Positions 1-12,060 of a stretch of 64,000 nucleotides of DNA are shown here, piece after piece. Position numbers and translations under genes: made by a program. Under the pieces are notes generated by a model. The model made no database searches. It saw only the letters and a list, made by a program, of their open reading frames with translations, and was not told the DNA's origin. Location of the stretch: positions 51,400,001 to 51,464,000 of the forward strand of contig NC_045697.1 of assembly GCF_009834535.1 (NCBI RefSeq). The letters are read 5' to 3'. Numbering within the stretch: position 1 is the stretch's first letter; every line of letters starts with the position of its first letter. Origin of the DNA: Camelus ferus. Taxonomy: Eukaryota.

Positions 1-279
1 ATTAGTCGGAAATTAAGTTATTACAGAAAAGAAGTAGTTTGCTTGCTCACCTGTGTTTGTATACTGTGGCTCCTATCTGCTACTTGTTCCACAGCTTGTG
101 TTTTATTAGGACAAATGACTTTTCTAGGAAGCTCTCCAGTTCCTCCTACAAATAGTAGCCTAGAATGGACCCAGGTTCCCTCTCACTAGACAATCCCAGG
201 TATGTCTGAGTCTTAGAATGTGATCTTTCAAGATGAGGTCTATTTGACAGATACGGGATCTTCCCCAAGTGGTTCCAAA

Positions 280-420
280 TTGAAAAATGATCCGTGGGCA
301 GAAGCTGTAGAAAGTTGGATTTGGACTTAACGTAAAGAAATTTTAGTAAATCTTGTCCCAAGCTGGAATGGGCTTCTTTGGATAGTTATACTCCCATTAT
401 TGGAGGTATCTGAGGATTGA
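280..420 (+). mobile_element. CR1/L3 LINE 3' fragment (ancient)
   Basis: Resembles the L3 3' region (gatttggacttaacgtaaagaaatttt...tggaatgggct...tggaggtat); recalled similarity only. Confidence 0.55.
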
Positions 421-730
421 TTGAGTGTTCATTCAGTGAATGTTTCAGATGGGATTGAGGCCATTGAGGAGAGTACTTCAGCAGGGTAATAATCTTTTCC
501 TGTCTTGAGATTATATGATCATACTCCCTAGAATCTCCCTCAGTGCACAGTTAGATGCCTTGTCAGTGAGTGAGCAGGAAGTCAGAATTAATAAACTGAA
601 AGTAATCCGCAAATTCAGTGTTTTAGGAAGCAGAGAAACCAATGTGCATGGTGGAATCTGGCCCAAGCTGCTCCTTGGGTACAGACAACCCATGGGAAAT
701 GTAAACAAATGCTGCCATTGATGTCAGTGC

Positions 731-1133
731 TGTTAAAAAAAAAATCAGCTGGGTAATTTTAGATCAAATTGGCTTTATTTAGTGATTCATGAATCAGGCA
801 ACATCCCATCTAGCAAAGAGAAAGGAGCTCTGAGGAACTGTTCCAAAGGGAAGGTTTTTAAAGGCAGAAGGAGGGTAGGACAATGAAGTCATAAACAAAA
901 GAAAGGTTTTTTGTTTTTTTGTTTTTTTTTTTCCAGGAAAGATCATCTTCCTTTGTGGGAAGGTAGGGTCTGTCCTGCCGATTATCTCACTAGTGCTGAT
1001 CAGGTAATTCCATATTGACTGGGTAAAGTTCACATTCCAGGGAGAGGTTGAAACTGCAGTTAAGTCTTGGTTTGCTGTTGTGGGGCTTAGTATAAGTGAC
1101 TCCATTTTGGACCTGTTATTTCTTTTTTTAACG
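731..1133 (-). mobile_element. ERV1-type solo LTR
   Basis: Termini TGTTAAAAAA...TTTTTTAAC are inverted; internal motifs ggctttattt (polyA signal on minus) and gactccattttgg are typical of ERV1 LTRs. Confidence 0.7.
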
Positions 1134-1189
1134 ATACTAATTGTGGTAACCATAATGATAACCACCATCAAGCAAGCACCTACATTGTG

Positions 1190-1460
1190 ACAGTCAATAA
1201 ACAAGCATTTTGTCTGTGATGTTTTATTTAAGTTAACAAGTGCTCTGTGTAGTGGACATAATCTTCCCCACTTTATGAGCTGGTGCCCCATTTTTAAAGA
1301 TAAGGAAACTGGGTAAATTAGAGCATCTCAAGGGCTGTGTGTGCAAATCAATTGTAGGTATGCCCAGATATGACCCTCCTAGCCCTGGAGGTGGGTAGGA
1401 AGAACATGAGGCACCTGGATTTCCAAGCCAGTCACCTTTGACCAAGTGCTACCTTGCCCT
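1190..1460 (-). mobile_element. MIR SINE fragment
   Basis: Core-like ccccatttttaaagataaggaaactg. Confidence 0.6.
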
Positions 1461-1751
1461 AGTGTGCTGCAGAAATATAATTCTTTATGCCTACCAAGAT
1501 ATGAAAATTGGGAAGCACATAAAATTACCTATCCAAGATGACAAGCCTCAGATAGAGCCCAACTAGAGATCCAAACCAAAGTCTGTATGACATTAAAGCC
1601 TATTTTCTCTCCACTATCCTTGCTGTCCTTGAAGATCTGAGAATTGAGTTCTTCAGTTGGAAGCAGAGAGAGGCAGCAGGATGTGGCTAGTTATGCAACA
1701 TGAATTTTACACACAAAAAAGCCATTTTGCAATGGTTGGTATGTGACGTAG

Positions 1752-1895
1752 ACTAGCACGAGGTTAAGATTGAGGACTCTGCTGTCAGACTGCCTGGATT
1801 TAAAATCAGACTATCATTTACTAACTGTTTGACTTTGGGAAAATTACTCTGCTTCTCTGTGCTTGAGGCTTTACATTTGTGAAATAAGGAATAAT
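1752..1895 (+). mobile_element. MIR SINE
   Basis: ggttaaga...gtcagactgcctggatttaaaatc...tgactttgggaaaattact...tgtgaaataaggaataat. Confidence 0.75.
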
Positions 1896-1899
1896 TTAT

Positions 1900-1985
1900 T
1901 GATTGACTCAACAAATATTTGCTGAGAGCCTTCTATGTATGAGGCCAAATTTTAGGGTCTGAAAATGCAGCAGTGAATAAAGTAC
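1900..1985 (-). mobile_element. L2 3' end (appears to resume at about 3600-3670)
   Basis: tcaacaaatatttgctgagagccttctatgt...; the continuation gaaggcctctgaggaggtgacatttgag lies beyond the L1 inserts. Confidence 0.6.
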
Positions 1986-2042
1986 TTGATCTTTGAGTTT
2001 ACTTGGAATTCTTGAGCTTCTTGAGTATATAGATTAATTTTT

Positions 2043-3341
2043 TCCCTTAACTTTATTGAATATAACATTTTGTAACTTTAAGATGTACAAAGTGTTGATT
2101 TGATAAATTTATATATTACAGTGTGATTACCATAGTAGCATTAGCTAAAACCTCTGTCACATCACATAATTATCATTTCTTTTCTGTGACAAAATTTAAG
2201 ATCTATTCTTTTAGTAACTTTCAAGTATGTAGTACAGTATTATGTTTTAATTATGATACAATATAGATAAGTCCTATCCATGTATAAGTGACATCATATA
2301 TTCTTTGTCTTTCTCTTCCTGACTTATTTCATTTATCTAGTGTCCTCAAGGACCATCCATGTTGTTGCAAATATCAGGATTTTGTTCTTTTTCTTGGCTG
2401 AGTAATATTTCATTGCTTATATACATCTTCTTTAACCATTTATCTATTGACAGACACTTTGGTTGTTTCCATATCTTGGCTATTGTAAATAATGCTTCAG
2501 TGAACATGAGGGTTCATGTACCTCTTTCAGATCCAGTTTTAGTTTCCTTTGGATATATACCCAGCAGAAGAATTGCTAGATCATAAGGTAGTTTTTTTTT
2601 AAATTTTTTGAGGAACCTCCATACTGTTTTCCATAGTGTCTTGCCAATTTACCTTCCCATCAACAGTGCATGAAGGTTCCCTTTCCTCCACATCCTCAAG
2701 AATATTTATCTCTTGTTTTTTTTATAATAACCATTCTAACAGGTGTGAGGTGATATTTTACTACGGTTTTGACATGCATTTCCCTGGTGATTACTGATAG
2801 TAAGCTCTTTATAGGTACCTTTGGTCATTTGTATTTGTTCTTTGGGAAAATGTCTGTTCAGTTTCTCTACTCATTTTTTAATTGGATTGCTTTTGTTATT
2901 TGTATAAATTCTTTATATGTTTTTGATAGTAACCTCTTATCTGATACATGACCTGCAAATATTTTCTCCCATTCCATACATTACCTTTTCATTTTGTTGG
3001 TTGTTTCTTTTGCTGTGCAAAAAATTTTAGTATGACGTCATTCTGCTTGTTTAATTTTCCTTTTGTTACTTGTGGGTTTTGTGTCATATCCAAAAATATC
3101 ATTGCTAAGAGCACTGTCAAGGAGCTTTTTTTCTATGTTTTCTTCTAGGAGTTTTACAGTTTCAGGTCTTACATTTATATTTTAAATCCATTTTGAATAA
3201 ATTTTGGAGAGAGGTATAAGATAGGGGTCCAATTTTATATTTTTGTATGTGGTTATCCAGTTTTTCCAACATTTATTGAAGAAACTATCCTTTCTTCATA
3301 TGAGTATTCTTTGGCTTCCTTGTCAAATATTAGTTGACTGT
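2043..3341 (-). mobile_element. 5'-truncated L1 (L1MA9-like 3' UTR plus decayed ORF2 end)
   Basis: Antisense L1 ORF2/3'UTR sequence; TSD tagattaattttt at 2030-2042 and 3342-3354. Confidence 0.85.
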
Positions 3342-3354
3342 TAGATTAATTTTT

Positions 3355-3585
3355 AAATCAAATTTGAGAAGTTACTAACCACTATTTATTAATGTTTTTT
3401 CTTCCCTTTTCTCTTTATTCTCTCCTGTGACTTCCATTGTGCATACATTGATAGCTTGATGGTTTTCCACAGGTATCTGAGGCTCTGTTAATTTTCTTCA
3501 TTTATTTTTCTTACTGTTTCTTGGTCTGGATAATCTCAATTGACCTGTTTTCAAGTTTTCGGATTCTTTCTTCTGCCAGTTCTGT
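3355..3585 (-). mobile_element. Older L1 (L1M-type) fragment, host of the 2043-3341 insert
   Basis: Antisense old-L1-like sequence that is continuous with about 1990-2030 across the TSD. Confidence 0.55.
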
Positions 3586-3680
3586 ATGAAGAAGCAAAGA
3601 GAGTAATACTGAAGTAGGTCCTACCTTAACTGGAGTACATATAGAAGGCCTCTGAGGAGGTGACATTTGAGTTGAGACTT

Positions 3681-3774
3681 TTTTTTTCTCTATTTAATGG
3701 AGGTACTGGGGATTGAACCCAGGACCTAATGCATGCTAGGCATACGCTTCTACCCCTGAGCTACACCCTCCCCC
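3681..3774 (-). mobile_element. Vic-1-type camelid tRNA-Ala-derived SINE
   Basis: Reverse complement gives GGGGGAGGGTGTAGCTCAG...GGTCCTGGGTTCAATCCCCAGTACCTCCA plus A tail; 14-bp TSD ttgagttgagactt at 3667-3680 and 3775-3788. Confidence 0.9.
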
Positions 3775-4359
3775 TTGAGTTGAGACTTGGTCATGGCTAA
3801 ATATCTGTTTCCTAAGGATGATGGGCTGTTCTGAGTCTGAACTGTAGGCTCTGCTTCTGTGGGTTGAAGAAGGGAGTTGATCTTTCCCTGGGAATCTCCA
3901 TAAACCAATGTATTTGATGAAAATATCTGTGTTCTTACTTGAGCTCTCCAGACAGGTAATACACATAAATGTTCTAGTTCTCAGGGCTTTTTTTTTCTTT
4001 TAAATAACTCATTGCCAATTTTTTAAAACCCCTTGCATTTTCAAAGAAACTTTTATTATTTAGGCAGACTTGTATTTTTTCATGGAGAAGTGGGAGGACT
4101 TAATTATAGTTTCGACACACATTGGCATGCTTGGAGCAATTCAGAGGAAGTCAAAGAATCTGAGAATTTAATCCAAGATACTTATTCCATCTTAATAATG
4201 TTGTGACTTTATGTTTATTTTACAACTAAATAGTCCCATAAGTATCGGGTAATTGGGCTTTATTCTATGGCCTGAAGGCCAATATTCCTGAACTTGGTGA
4301 AACCAACTGAAAAAATGAATTCCAAAGATGGAATTTCTCCATGGAAAATGGGTTGCTTC

Positions 4360-4500
4360 CAGCCTTTGTTATTTACACCTACGGCCTGTTGGCAGCTGTC
4401 CTTTGGCCAGCTGAAACAGGCATCCTGGTACATAAAGGCAGTTTCCATGGAGACCTGAATCCAGATGATGTTGGGCCTTTGAAGATCAAAGGCAACACAC
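4360..4500. promoter_or_regulatory. Candidate enhancer: paired TCF/LEF sites, two CAGCTG E-boxes, FOX- and SOX-like sites
   Basis: GCCTTTGA-aga-TCAAAGGC at 4475-4493; two CAGCTG near 4393 and 4408; TATTTAC and CTTTGTT near 4364-4376; sequence is non-repetitive. Confidence 0.35.
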
Positions 4501-4808
4501 TGAATTGTTTGGAGAGCCCAGTGAAGGTTTCAGAACTTTATTGTTCTCCACAGAAAACACTACAGCCAAGACTTTGAAATGTTTTTTTCTTCTCCAGATG
4601 CATTAGAACTATGTGCACAAAATAGAAGTTTGTAGTGAATTTATCTCTTCTAATTATTTGCTGGCTATTTTACAACATCTGTCTCTGCCATAAAAAAAAT
4701 GATCATCCTACATCTTTCTCTTTTTCATCTTTATGTTAATAAATACGTGAATCAATAAGACACACAGAATATGCTGAGCTAGTAAATTTGGTAGCAGATA
4801 ATGGTTCC

Positions 4809-4878
4809 TTTTTTTTTATTGAGTTATAGTCAGTTTACAATGTTGTGTCAATTTCTGGTGTACAGCACGATGTTTCAA
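4809..4878 (-). mobile_element. Very short camelid-type L1 3' end
   Basis: polyT followed by ttattgagttatagtcagtttacaatgttgtgtcaatttctggtgtacagc, matching other copies in the window; flanked by ttcctt repeats. Confidence 0.85.
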
Positions 4879-6627
4879 TTCCTTCTTTTCATAAATCATG
4901 GGTAATCTGTTCTGTATCATTTTTCACACACTTTTCTTAATATAATCAAATGACCACGTTGCCAGATGCACACACAACTGAACTGCAGTTGTGCCTGTAA
5001 AGATTTTGACCTACAGTAGTGTTCCTTTACGTAAGTACAGTCTTTAAATTGAGTCCTTATTTAGTATTTATGACACACATCCTGTTACCACAACCTTAGC
5101 AAAAATTAAAGTACAAGAAAATATTTTCCCATGAATGTGTCTTCCCAAGAGTACATTTGATGTTTATTTTGTGGATCTTGATTTAGACGTGTTTCTTCTG
5201 ACAAGTTCCAATTTTATTAAAGTTCTGATGAATGGCAATGAGGTATAGTATTCCTAGCTGATGGATATTGTCAGGATAAAATATCTGAATTTACTACATT
5301 TATCTATGGACATTTGCATTCTTGGTTTCAAGGGCCATTTTAGAGTCGACTGGAAATATTATAGTTAGTTACAATATTCAAAATCCTCATATTCAACATG
5401 AAGTAATGACGTGAAAACTAGGTCTGTTACATCAAGATTCACAAGATTTGTGTTTAATCTGTGCATGTGAAGTGTGGAGAGAGGGAATGGTACAGTTTAA
5501 CCTTTCATGACCTTTACTTCTCAGAGATGTCCAGAACCAAAGTAGTTAAGCTACCTAAACTGTATTTACTGCAGTCCAATTTTTTTAACATTCCTGTAGG
5601 GAGAAATTGCTTTTTCTACCTCACAGAAGCGTATCTCTGCTCCTTCTCTTTGGGACAGTTCCATTTTGTCCCAGCTCCATTTACAGACAAGTTCTACATA
5701 TTTCCTTTACTTCTCACTCTTGCTTTCCATCCCTCATCTGCAAAGAATCAGGTGCACACTCACCAGAATCTTCTCTAATAATTCTACTTTCTCCTTCCCC
5801 TACGACAAAGAATGGACATTTGACAGGATTGCAATATATCTTAATCTGGAATTTTAACTCCTTTCTTTGCAAAGCATTGTATTTCAGTAGTGAGCAATAG
5901 CTAGGGTATAAATCAAACTGGCAAACTGGTCATTTGCCATTTAATACACAGAATCATAGGATGAAAAGTTACAGAAGGGACTTTGAAGAGTATTCATCAG
6001 TATTTTCCATCATTTTTCAATAAGAGATTTCTAATGCAGAGGAAATAGAGCCTGTTCACCAGGTGTCTGGAGGTATAGAGAAAGTTCCACTCAGAATGAG
6101 CATAATGTGTCTTTGAAGTCTACTATTTTATCTTAAAAAAAATCCCACATCTTTGAAATTGAAGCTTTGAAAATAAATCTACTTATTTGTTCATAAAAGT
6201 ACTGTTTTAAAATTACCTACCATTAAGTACAATGGTTCCTGTTTATCCTTCACCTTTGTGTAGCACCTAGCACATGCCCAGTATAAAAAATACTGACGAG
6301 ACAGTTTTATCTTATGGCAAATGAATGAACTTAGACCATTAAACGTAAAGAGATTTGTTTAAGATCACCATGGTAGAATCAGCACAAGAATTCAGGTCCA
6401 GTGACTTCCAGCCCAATGAGTTTCCCATCAAACTCTGACATATGTTTCAACCTGATGTCATTTCCACCTGGGTTTCTGGAAACTAGGGTTTCTGTAAGTC
6501 AGGAAAATCTTTGGAACCTGACTGACCTGACTTAACCTGGTTTCTGTGAGGAAAACTACCATAAGAGTAATGTACATCTATATATGCCTCTGACAACAGC
6601 CTAGCTCAAAAGGGGAGTTGTGGGGAC

Positions 6628-6669
6628 GTGTGTGTGTGTGTGTGTGTGTGTGTATGAGAGAGAGAGAGA
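6628..6669. repeat. Compound (GT)n/(GA)n microsatellite
   Basis: Direct reading. Confidence 0.95.
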
Positions 6670-8254
6670 CAGCGGATAAATGAGGGGTGAGTGGTACTGG
6701 TGGAAACAGTGGTGGGTAGCCTTCAACGGTAGCTCATCATATTTTCCCATTTTCTGAAACCACAACTCTTTCCTGAAATCCATTAGTCTGGTTTAGGCTT
6801 TAGGCTGCTGGAGGAAAGCATTATTCAGTGAGTGCTGAAGAAGCTGCTTCTTGTGGCATCCGTGAGAGTTATATCTTGCTGATGTCAAAATTTTCCTAAG
6901 AGTTTGAATTTTCAGAGACATTTTGTGCTCTACCTGTGAGCTTGATATAAATAGTCTTGTTCTCTGTCTCCAAGATAAAATCCATGGGTAAAAAGAACTT
7001 CATTTATGCCCTATGGAAGATGCAAAATATATTTGAGAAAGTGAATGGATGGATGATTCTTTGTGAATAACCATTACTTAAATTTACATTGCCATTTTCA
7101 TAGAAAAGGAGGGAAATTTGCTATTCTAAACTAAATTAAAGAGGAGAGAAAGGTAACACTATGTCTATTGAAAGACTATAATAGAAGTAAAATGTATATA
7201 CTCTAGTCAGCCAGATGGAAATAAGGAAAAACTTTTGTTGCTTCCTCTCATGGGTGAGATTTGAGAATTCTGGCTGTTCTCTTTGGTCAGATGCACAATT
7301 CATGGCTATTGATTACATTAATGCATTCACCAAACAATCTTGGACTTCACAGGACACCTTCTTGGTGCCAGCCACTCACAAAGATGACCAAGGTCATTTG
7401 AGCCCCAAGTTTCTTACAGTCCAGTGGAAAGGCAGCTGCATGAATAATTAACCAAAGTATTATACAATTAACCAGTTTTATGTTAGTGATATACACCAGA
7501 AAAAGGACTGTGTTAATTGATACTATCTTGGAAGGTTAAGGAGGGTTTTGCTGAGAAGATAAGTTTAAATGCAATGATGTATGAACATTTTTCCAGGCAG
7601 GAAAGTAGAAGGAGGACAGCAGAGGCAATGAATGGACATGGGAAAGTGCCATGATCCCTTGGGTCAGTGAGAGGAGATGAGGTCAAGTGCAGGTCAGGTT
7701 GAGAAGGGCGTTCGTGGCATTCCAGTGTGGATGTGGGAGCCGGCCAGGCTTTCGACCAGGAAATCAGATTGGATATGGGCTCTTTAAACAGTATCTCTGA
7801 CAGGAGCTTGTAGAATTATTGGGTGGTGGGTGTGAGAAGATTGGAGAGAAGGGGGACCAGTGTTATCTAATTCTGTAGCTCAGACTCAAAAATTCATACA
7901 GGGTTAAAAAAATGTTCCCCAAAATACAGGTGGGTTTTAGAAAAGCTGCTTTCATCTCTGATTGGCAGGCAAGACAACAGTAAATACAGATGAAATGAAG
8001 TTGTGTGCAGTGAGAAGGAGGGGGAGGTGTAGGAATTGTCCTAGGAAAAAATTAAAAGCTCTTTAAAATGAAACATCCAGAAAGTGATTTGTCTGAGGTT
8101 GTAGGGATGTTGGAAGCAATTACAATATTATCCTTTAGTCAACTAGAGAAGGAGAGAAGAATGAGAAGGCATATCCATATTATGTGATTATTTCACGTGA
8201 TTTAATGTTAAATGAGAAAATATCCAGATAAGAAGCTTTAAAAAAAAAATAGTT

Positions 8255-8490
8255 ATACCCCCACCCCCCATGTACTCACACTCCCTAACTACCAACATCC
8301 TGCACCAGAATAGTTACGTTTTAAATTGATGAACCTACATTAATGTATTATTATCACCCAAAGTCCGTACTTCATATTAGGGCTCAGTCTTAGTAGTATA
8401 TCTTCTGTGGGTTTGGACAAATGTGTGATGTCATGTATCCACCATTATAGTATCTTACAGAATAGTTTCACTGTCCTAAAAATCCTCAGG
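8255..8490 (-). mobile_element. L1MC-type 3' UTR fragment
   Basis: ttgatgaacctacattaatgtattattatcacccaaagtcc...gggtttggacaaatg...ctaaaaatcctc. Confidence 0.75.
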
Positions 8491-9593
8491 ACTTTGTAAA
8501 ATTTTTTAATAATAGTAACATTTTAATGAAACATACGTGATATTTATATATGTGTATACATGAATATAAAAGACTAGAATTAAATTCAGCAGCTGTTTTA
8601 AGAGTGCTGATTCTGGCTTATAGATTCAGAGACCCTGCTTATCCATAGGGCACGCTACCATCCTTTCCTGTCATCTGGCCTTTTATTAGCTCACTCAAGG
8701 CTCGCTGGACACGTTTCATCCTTAGACCTAAATAATGGTGAAATAGGATTACTTGTGTCAGAAGACAGTTCCTTTTTGACAAAAATTTACAATAAATATG
8801 TGGGAGAAGAGGCTCCACTTAACTCTATCTGAGAGCAGTGAAATCAACATGTCAGGGACACCTAAATAATTTAGACATATCCGTATTCATGTCAGAAGAG
8901 GACAGTCATTTAGAGCCCCAAATGCTCAGATCACCCATATTTTCAGACCCTACAGCAGCAGTGTGAATGAGTTAAGAAATGCCAGCACAACTATTCTCTG
9001 CAAAGAAGCTGCAGTAGGGTGGTATGGAGAGGGTATGGTATACATGTGTAGAGTCAGGTTCTGATTGAGATTTTTTTTAAAGTGTAGTCACTACTTGGGG
9101 GCAAAAAAGAAAAAGAAAAAAGAAAAATTAATGACAACATTTAAAGAGAAAAAGTGACACAAGGAACAACAACATTCTAGAAAAAAATAGCTTGCCATCT
9201 AAATAAAGCCTATCTCAGACTCTCTTATCATGTTCCCCTTAATTTTGGGAATATAGAGCAAGAGGGAAAAAAGTGAAGAGTGAAATTTTGCTTAGTTATG
9301 AATGGAATAAAAAGGAATTTTCATAGCATCCTTTAAATAAGAATTACAGTTCTGTCTGAAGATAAATGGACAGTTCTAGGATTACAGATAGGATAGATAG
9401 ACCAAGTTCATGGATACTTTTGGAAAATGAAAGGCTGATATTTTAATGAAATCCAAAGTTGGAAGATTAAAAAAGAGGAATGTGTTTTGTGTCATGAAAG
9501 AATAATTCTAAGAATGTGTTTTCCTTTTTCCGTTACCTTCGCTTTCCCATGAATTGAACATGGGCACAACTGTCTTCTTTTAGAACATTAGAA

Positions 9594-9927
9594 GAGAAAA
9601 ATAAAGGACACTATGAACTCATCTACAAAACAGAAACAGACTCACAGACATAGTAAACAATCTATGGTTACCAGGGAAAAGGAATGGGAAGGGGCTAATC
9701 TGAGGAGTTTGAGATTTGCAAATATTAGCCACTATATATAAAAATAGATTAAAAAAATACAAGCTGCTTCTGTACAGCACAGGGAACTATATTCAATATC
9801 TTGTAATAACCTTTAATGAAAAAGAATATGAGAATGAGTATATGCATGTGTATACATGACTGGGACATTGTGCTGCACACCTGAAATTGACACATGGTAA
9901 CTGACTGTACTTCAATTAAAAAAAAAA
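9594..9927 (+). mobile_element. Camelid-type L1 3' UTR, 5'-truncated
   Basis: Matches the other L1 3' ends in the window; A tail; TSD agaacatt(a/g)gaa at 9582-9593 and 9928-9939. Confidence 0.9.
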
Positions 9928-11679
9928 AGAACATTGGAATGCTACCTTTTGAAATAATTTCCATTTTTTGATGGCATTTAATTAAGGACATGTTTTGGAT
10001 ATGCTTGAGAAGGCAGGAAAGATTTGGCTATATGCACATTTACGTCCAGCTATAAATCCAGTTTCTTTACCTCTTGATTTTTGAAGGCAGTGTTGAGAGG
10101 GAGCACAGCTGGCGATGAATGTGGATAGACACATGAAAGGATTTCTTGGTCTGATGTGAGGCCAGTTTCTCCACTCCTCACCTTTCCTCACCATTTCTAG
10201 AATCCATCATTAGTATGACTTCAGTGAAGCATGCAAATCTCTCTTCTTCAGAGTATTGTGCACAGTGACAATGTGCATTCCATCCCTGAGATGCTTTTGT
10301 GTAAATAGGTGCTACTTTATTAAAATCCGAATTTGCAAGGGTGTGAACTAAATATCAAATCTTCAAAGCTCCTTTGTGACATAGATTACCGATGCTGACT
10401 CTCATTCATCATGTAGCAAAAGTGTGTGGGGAGCATGTGTGAGTGGCAGTGGAGGAATGGGGAGAATTTTCCTGCTGACATCGGAGATGTTAGAATATCA
10501 GTGACATCAAAACTCCTTTTTGTGAAGGGGTTTCCAAGACTTGAGAAAAGCAAACTAACTAACTGGCCCACTAACTAACAACAGCAAAGAAATTCACTGA
10601 ATTGGATAGTTGTGCTGTGTGTAGCTTTCTGAATATACGATGTACTTAACAATATTTATGTTAAAAAATAGTGGGGAGAGTATTTTGGGGTTGTCAGGTA
10701 CCCAAGCCACCGGGTTTAGGGCATTTAAATAATAAAGACAGATGTTGATTGCTGGTTTCTGGTGAAAATGTCACCTCTAGGTAGGAAATTTATCTGGAGA
10801 TAGCTGACAACTGTCCCTAAGGCTTGAGATACTGTTTGATTGTTATGGGGAGAAATGTTTTTGAGAATATCATTTTAAAAATATACTCTATCATAGCTCT
10901 AGGGGAATGTGTCCCACGTTCCATCAGGGAAGGGGTCATAAAAATTGAACTAGCAATCTGTTTCTTAGTTGTCAAATACTTGTACACTTGGGGATGGATG
11001 CCTGGGTCATGGAAAGAGAAATTCATCAAAGGTGAGCTATGAGAATGTTTTAAAAAGTGGGCCAGCAATGGTACAAGTAAGTCTGATGGAAGAAAGAATG
11101 GAAGTGACAGTAGCAATTACAGAATTGATTGGAGACTATAATTCAAGGAGAAAATGACCCTTGACCCCTCCAGGACTCAGTGGGACAGGAAGGTGTTAGG
11201 GATTTGATATCTCAGAACTTAATATTCAAACACAGCTAGGATTCTTACCTATATACTTGCTTGTTCCTACAACTTCCTCCTCCCCACCCTGGCCCTCCTC
11301 CTACAAGTGACATGGGGAAACAGGGAGCATATTCTACTTACTATTTTAATTGTCATCCTATCTTGATTGTTCTCTAAACTGAAATGATTTCAGGAAATAG
11401 GTTTATATTTTAAATTAAAATAGCCAGAGTGTAGAAGGTGGACTTCATTTAAAATATGTATGTGTCAGTATAAGTATAGGTGTATTTAGTCCTATCTTGT
11501 GGCAATGTTCAATTTACACATAGATAATAAGCAACTAATTTATATAGAGCATTGTCCTAAGTGTTGAGTAGGGTACCAGGAAGCTAAGACCCAGCCTCAG
11601 CTCCCAAGAAATTTAGTGAGAGAACGGATAAACTATTCATCTGCTTCTAAGTTCTCAGTTCGGCGGTTTGTGTGATGAA

Positions 11680-12060
11680 TTATTCAAGTTAGGCTAGCTG
11701 CCATAAAAATTAAACAACTCCCAAACTGAACAGTTTACATGTCGTTTGTTGCAGGTCAGTGGGGATGGAAGGATTTAGTCCACACAGTAATTTAGGGCCC
11801 TAGATTCCTTATTATCCATGCTGCTATATCATGTAGGGTCTTGGAGTCCTCCATTGGATTCTCTGCATTTGGACTTCAGTTAGGGGACCAGGCCTGGAAG
11901 ATTTCTTTTTAGGCTCTAGGCCTGGAAGTGGTGAATGTCATCACTTCTGTTACATTCTAATGACCCACTGACTAAAAGGAGATCTGAGAATTTCAGTGTT
12001 TCTGCGTTCACAGAGGAAAACACAGTGGAGTCTGATGACATATAGCATTGTCTGTGCTTT
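11680..12060 (-). mobile_element. MLT1 (old MaLR) LTR
   Basis: ttaggctagctgccataa...ggcctggaagtgg...tcacttctg motifs. Confidence 0.55.

Noticed and set aside
794..1291. 165-aa ORF
   Set aside because: It runs across LTR and MIR remnants and a T-rich tract; no recognisable protein.
6467..6547. Short repeats (ggtttctg three times) and a 9-bp inverted repeat taagtcagg/cctgactta
   Set aside because: Too short and irregular to distinguish from chance.
10192..10348. Minus-strand open frame ending at ATG|GTGAGG
   Set aside because: Weak acceptor and an unrecognised peptide; consistent with chance.
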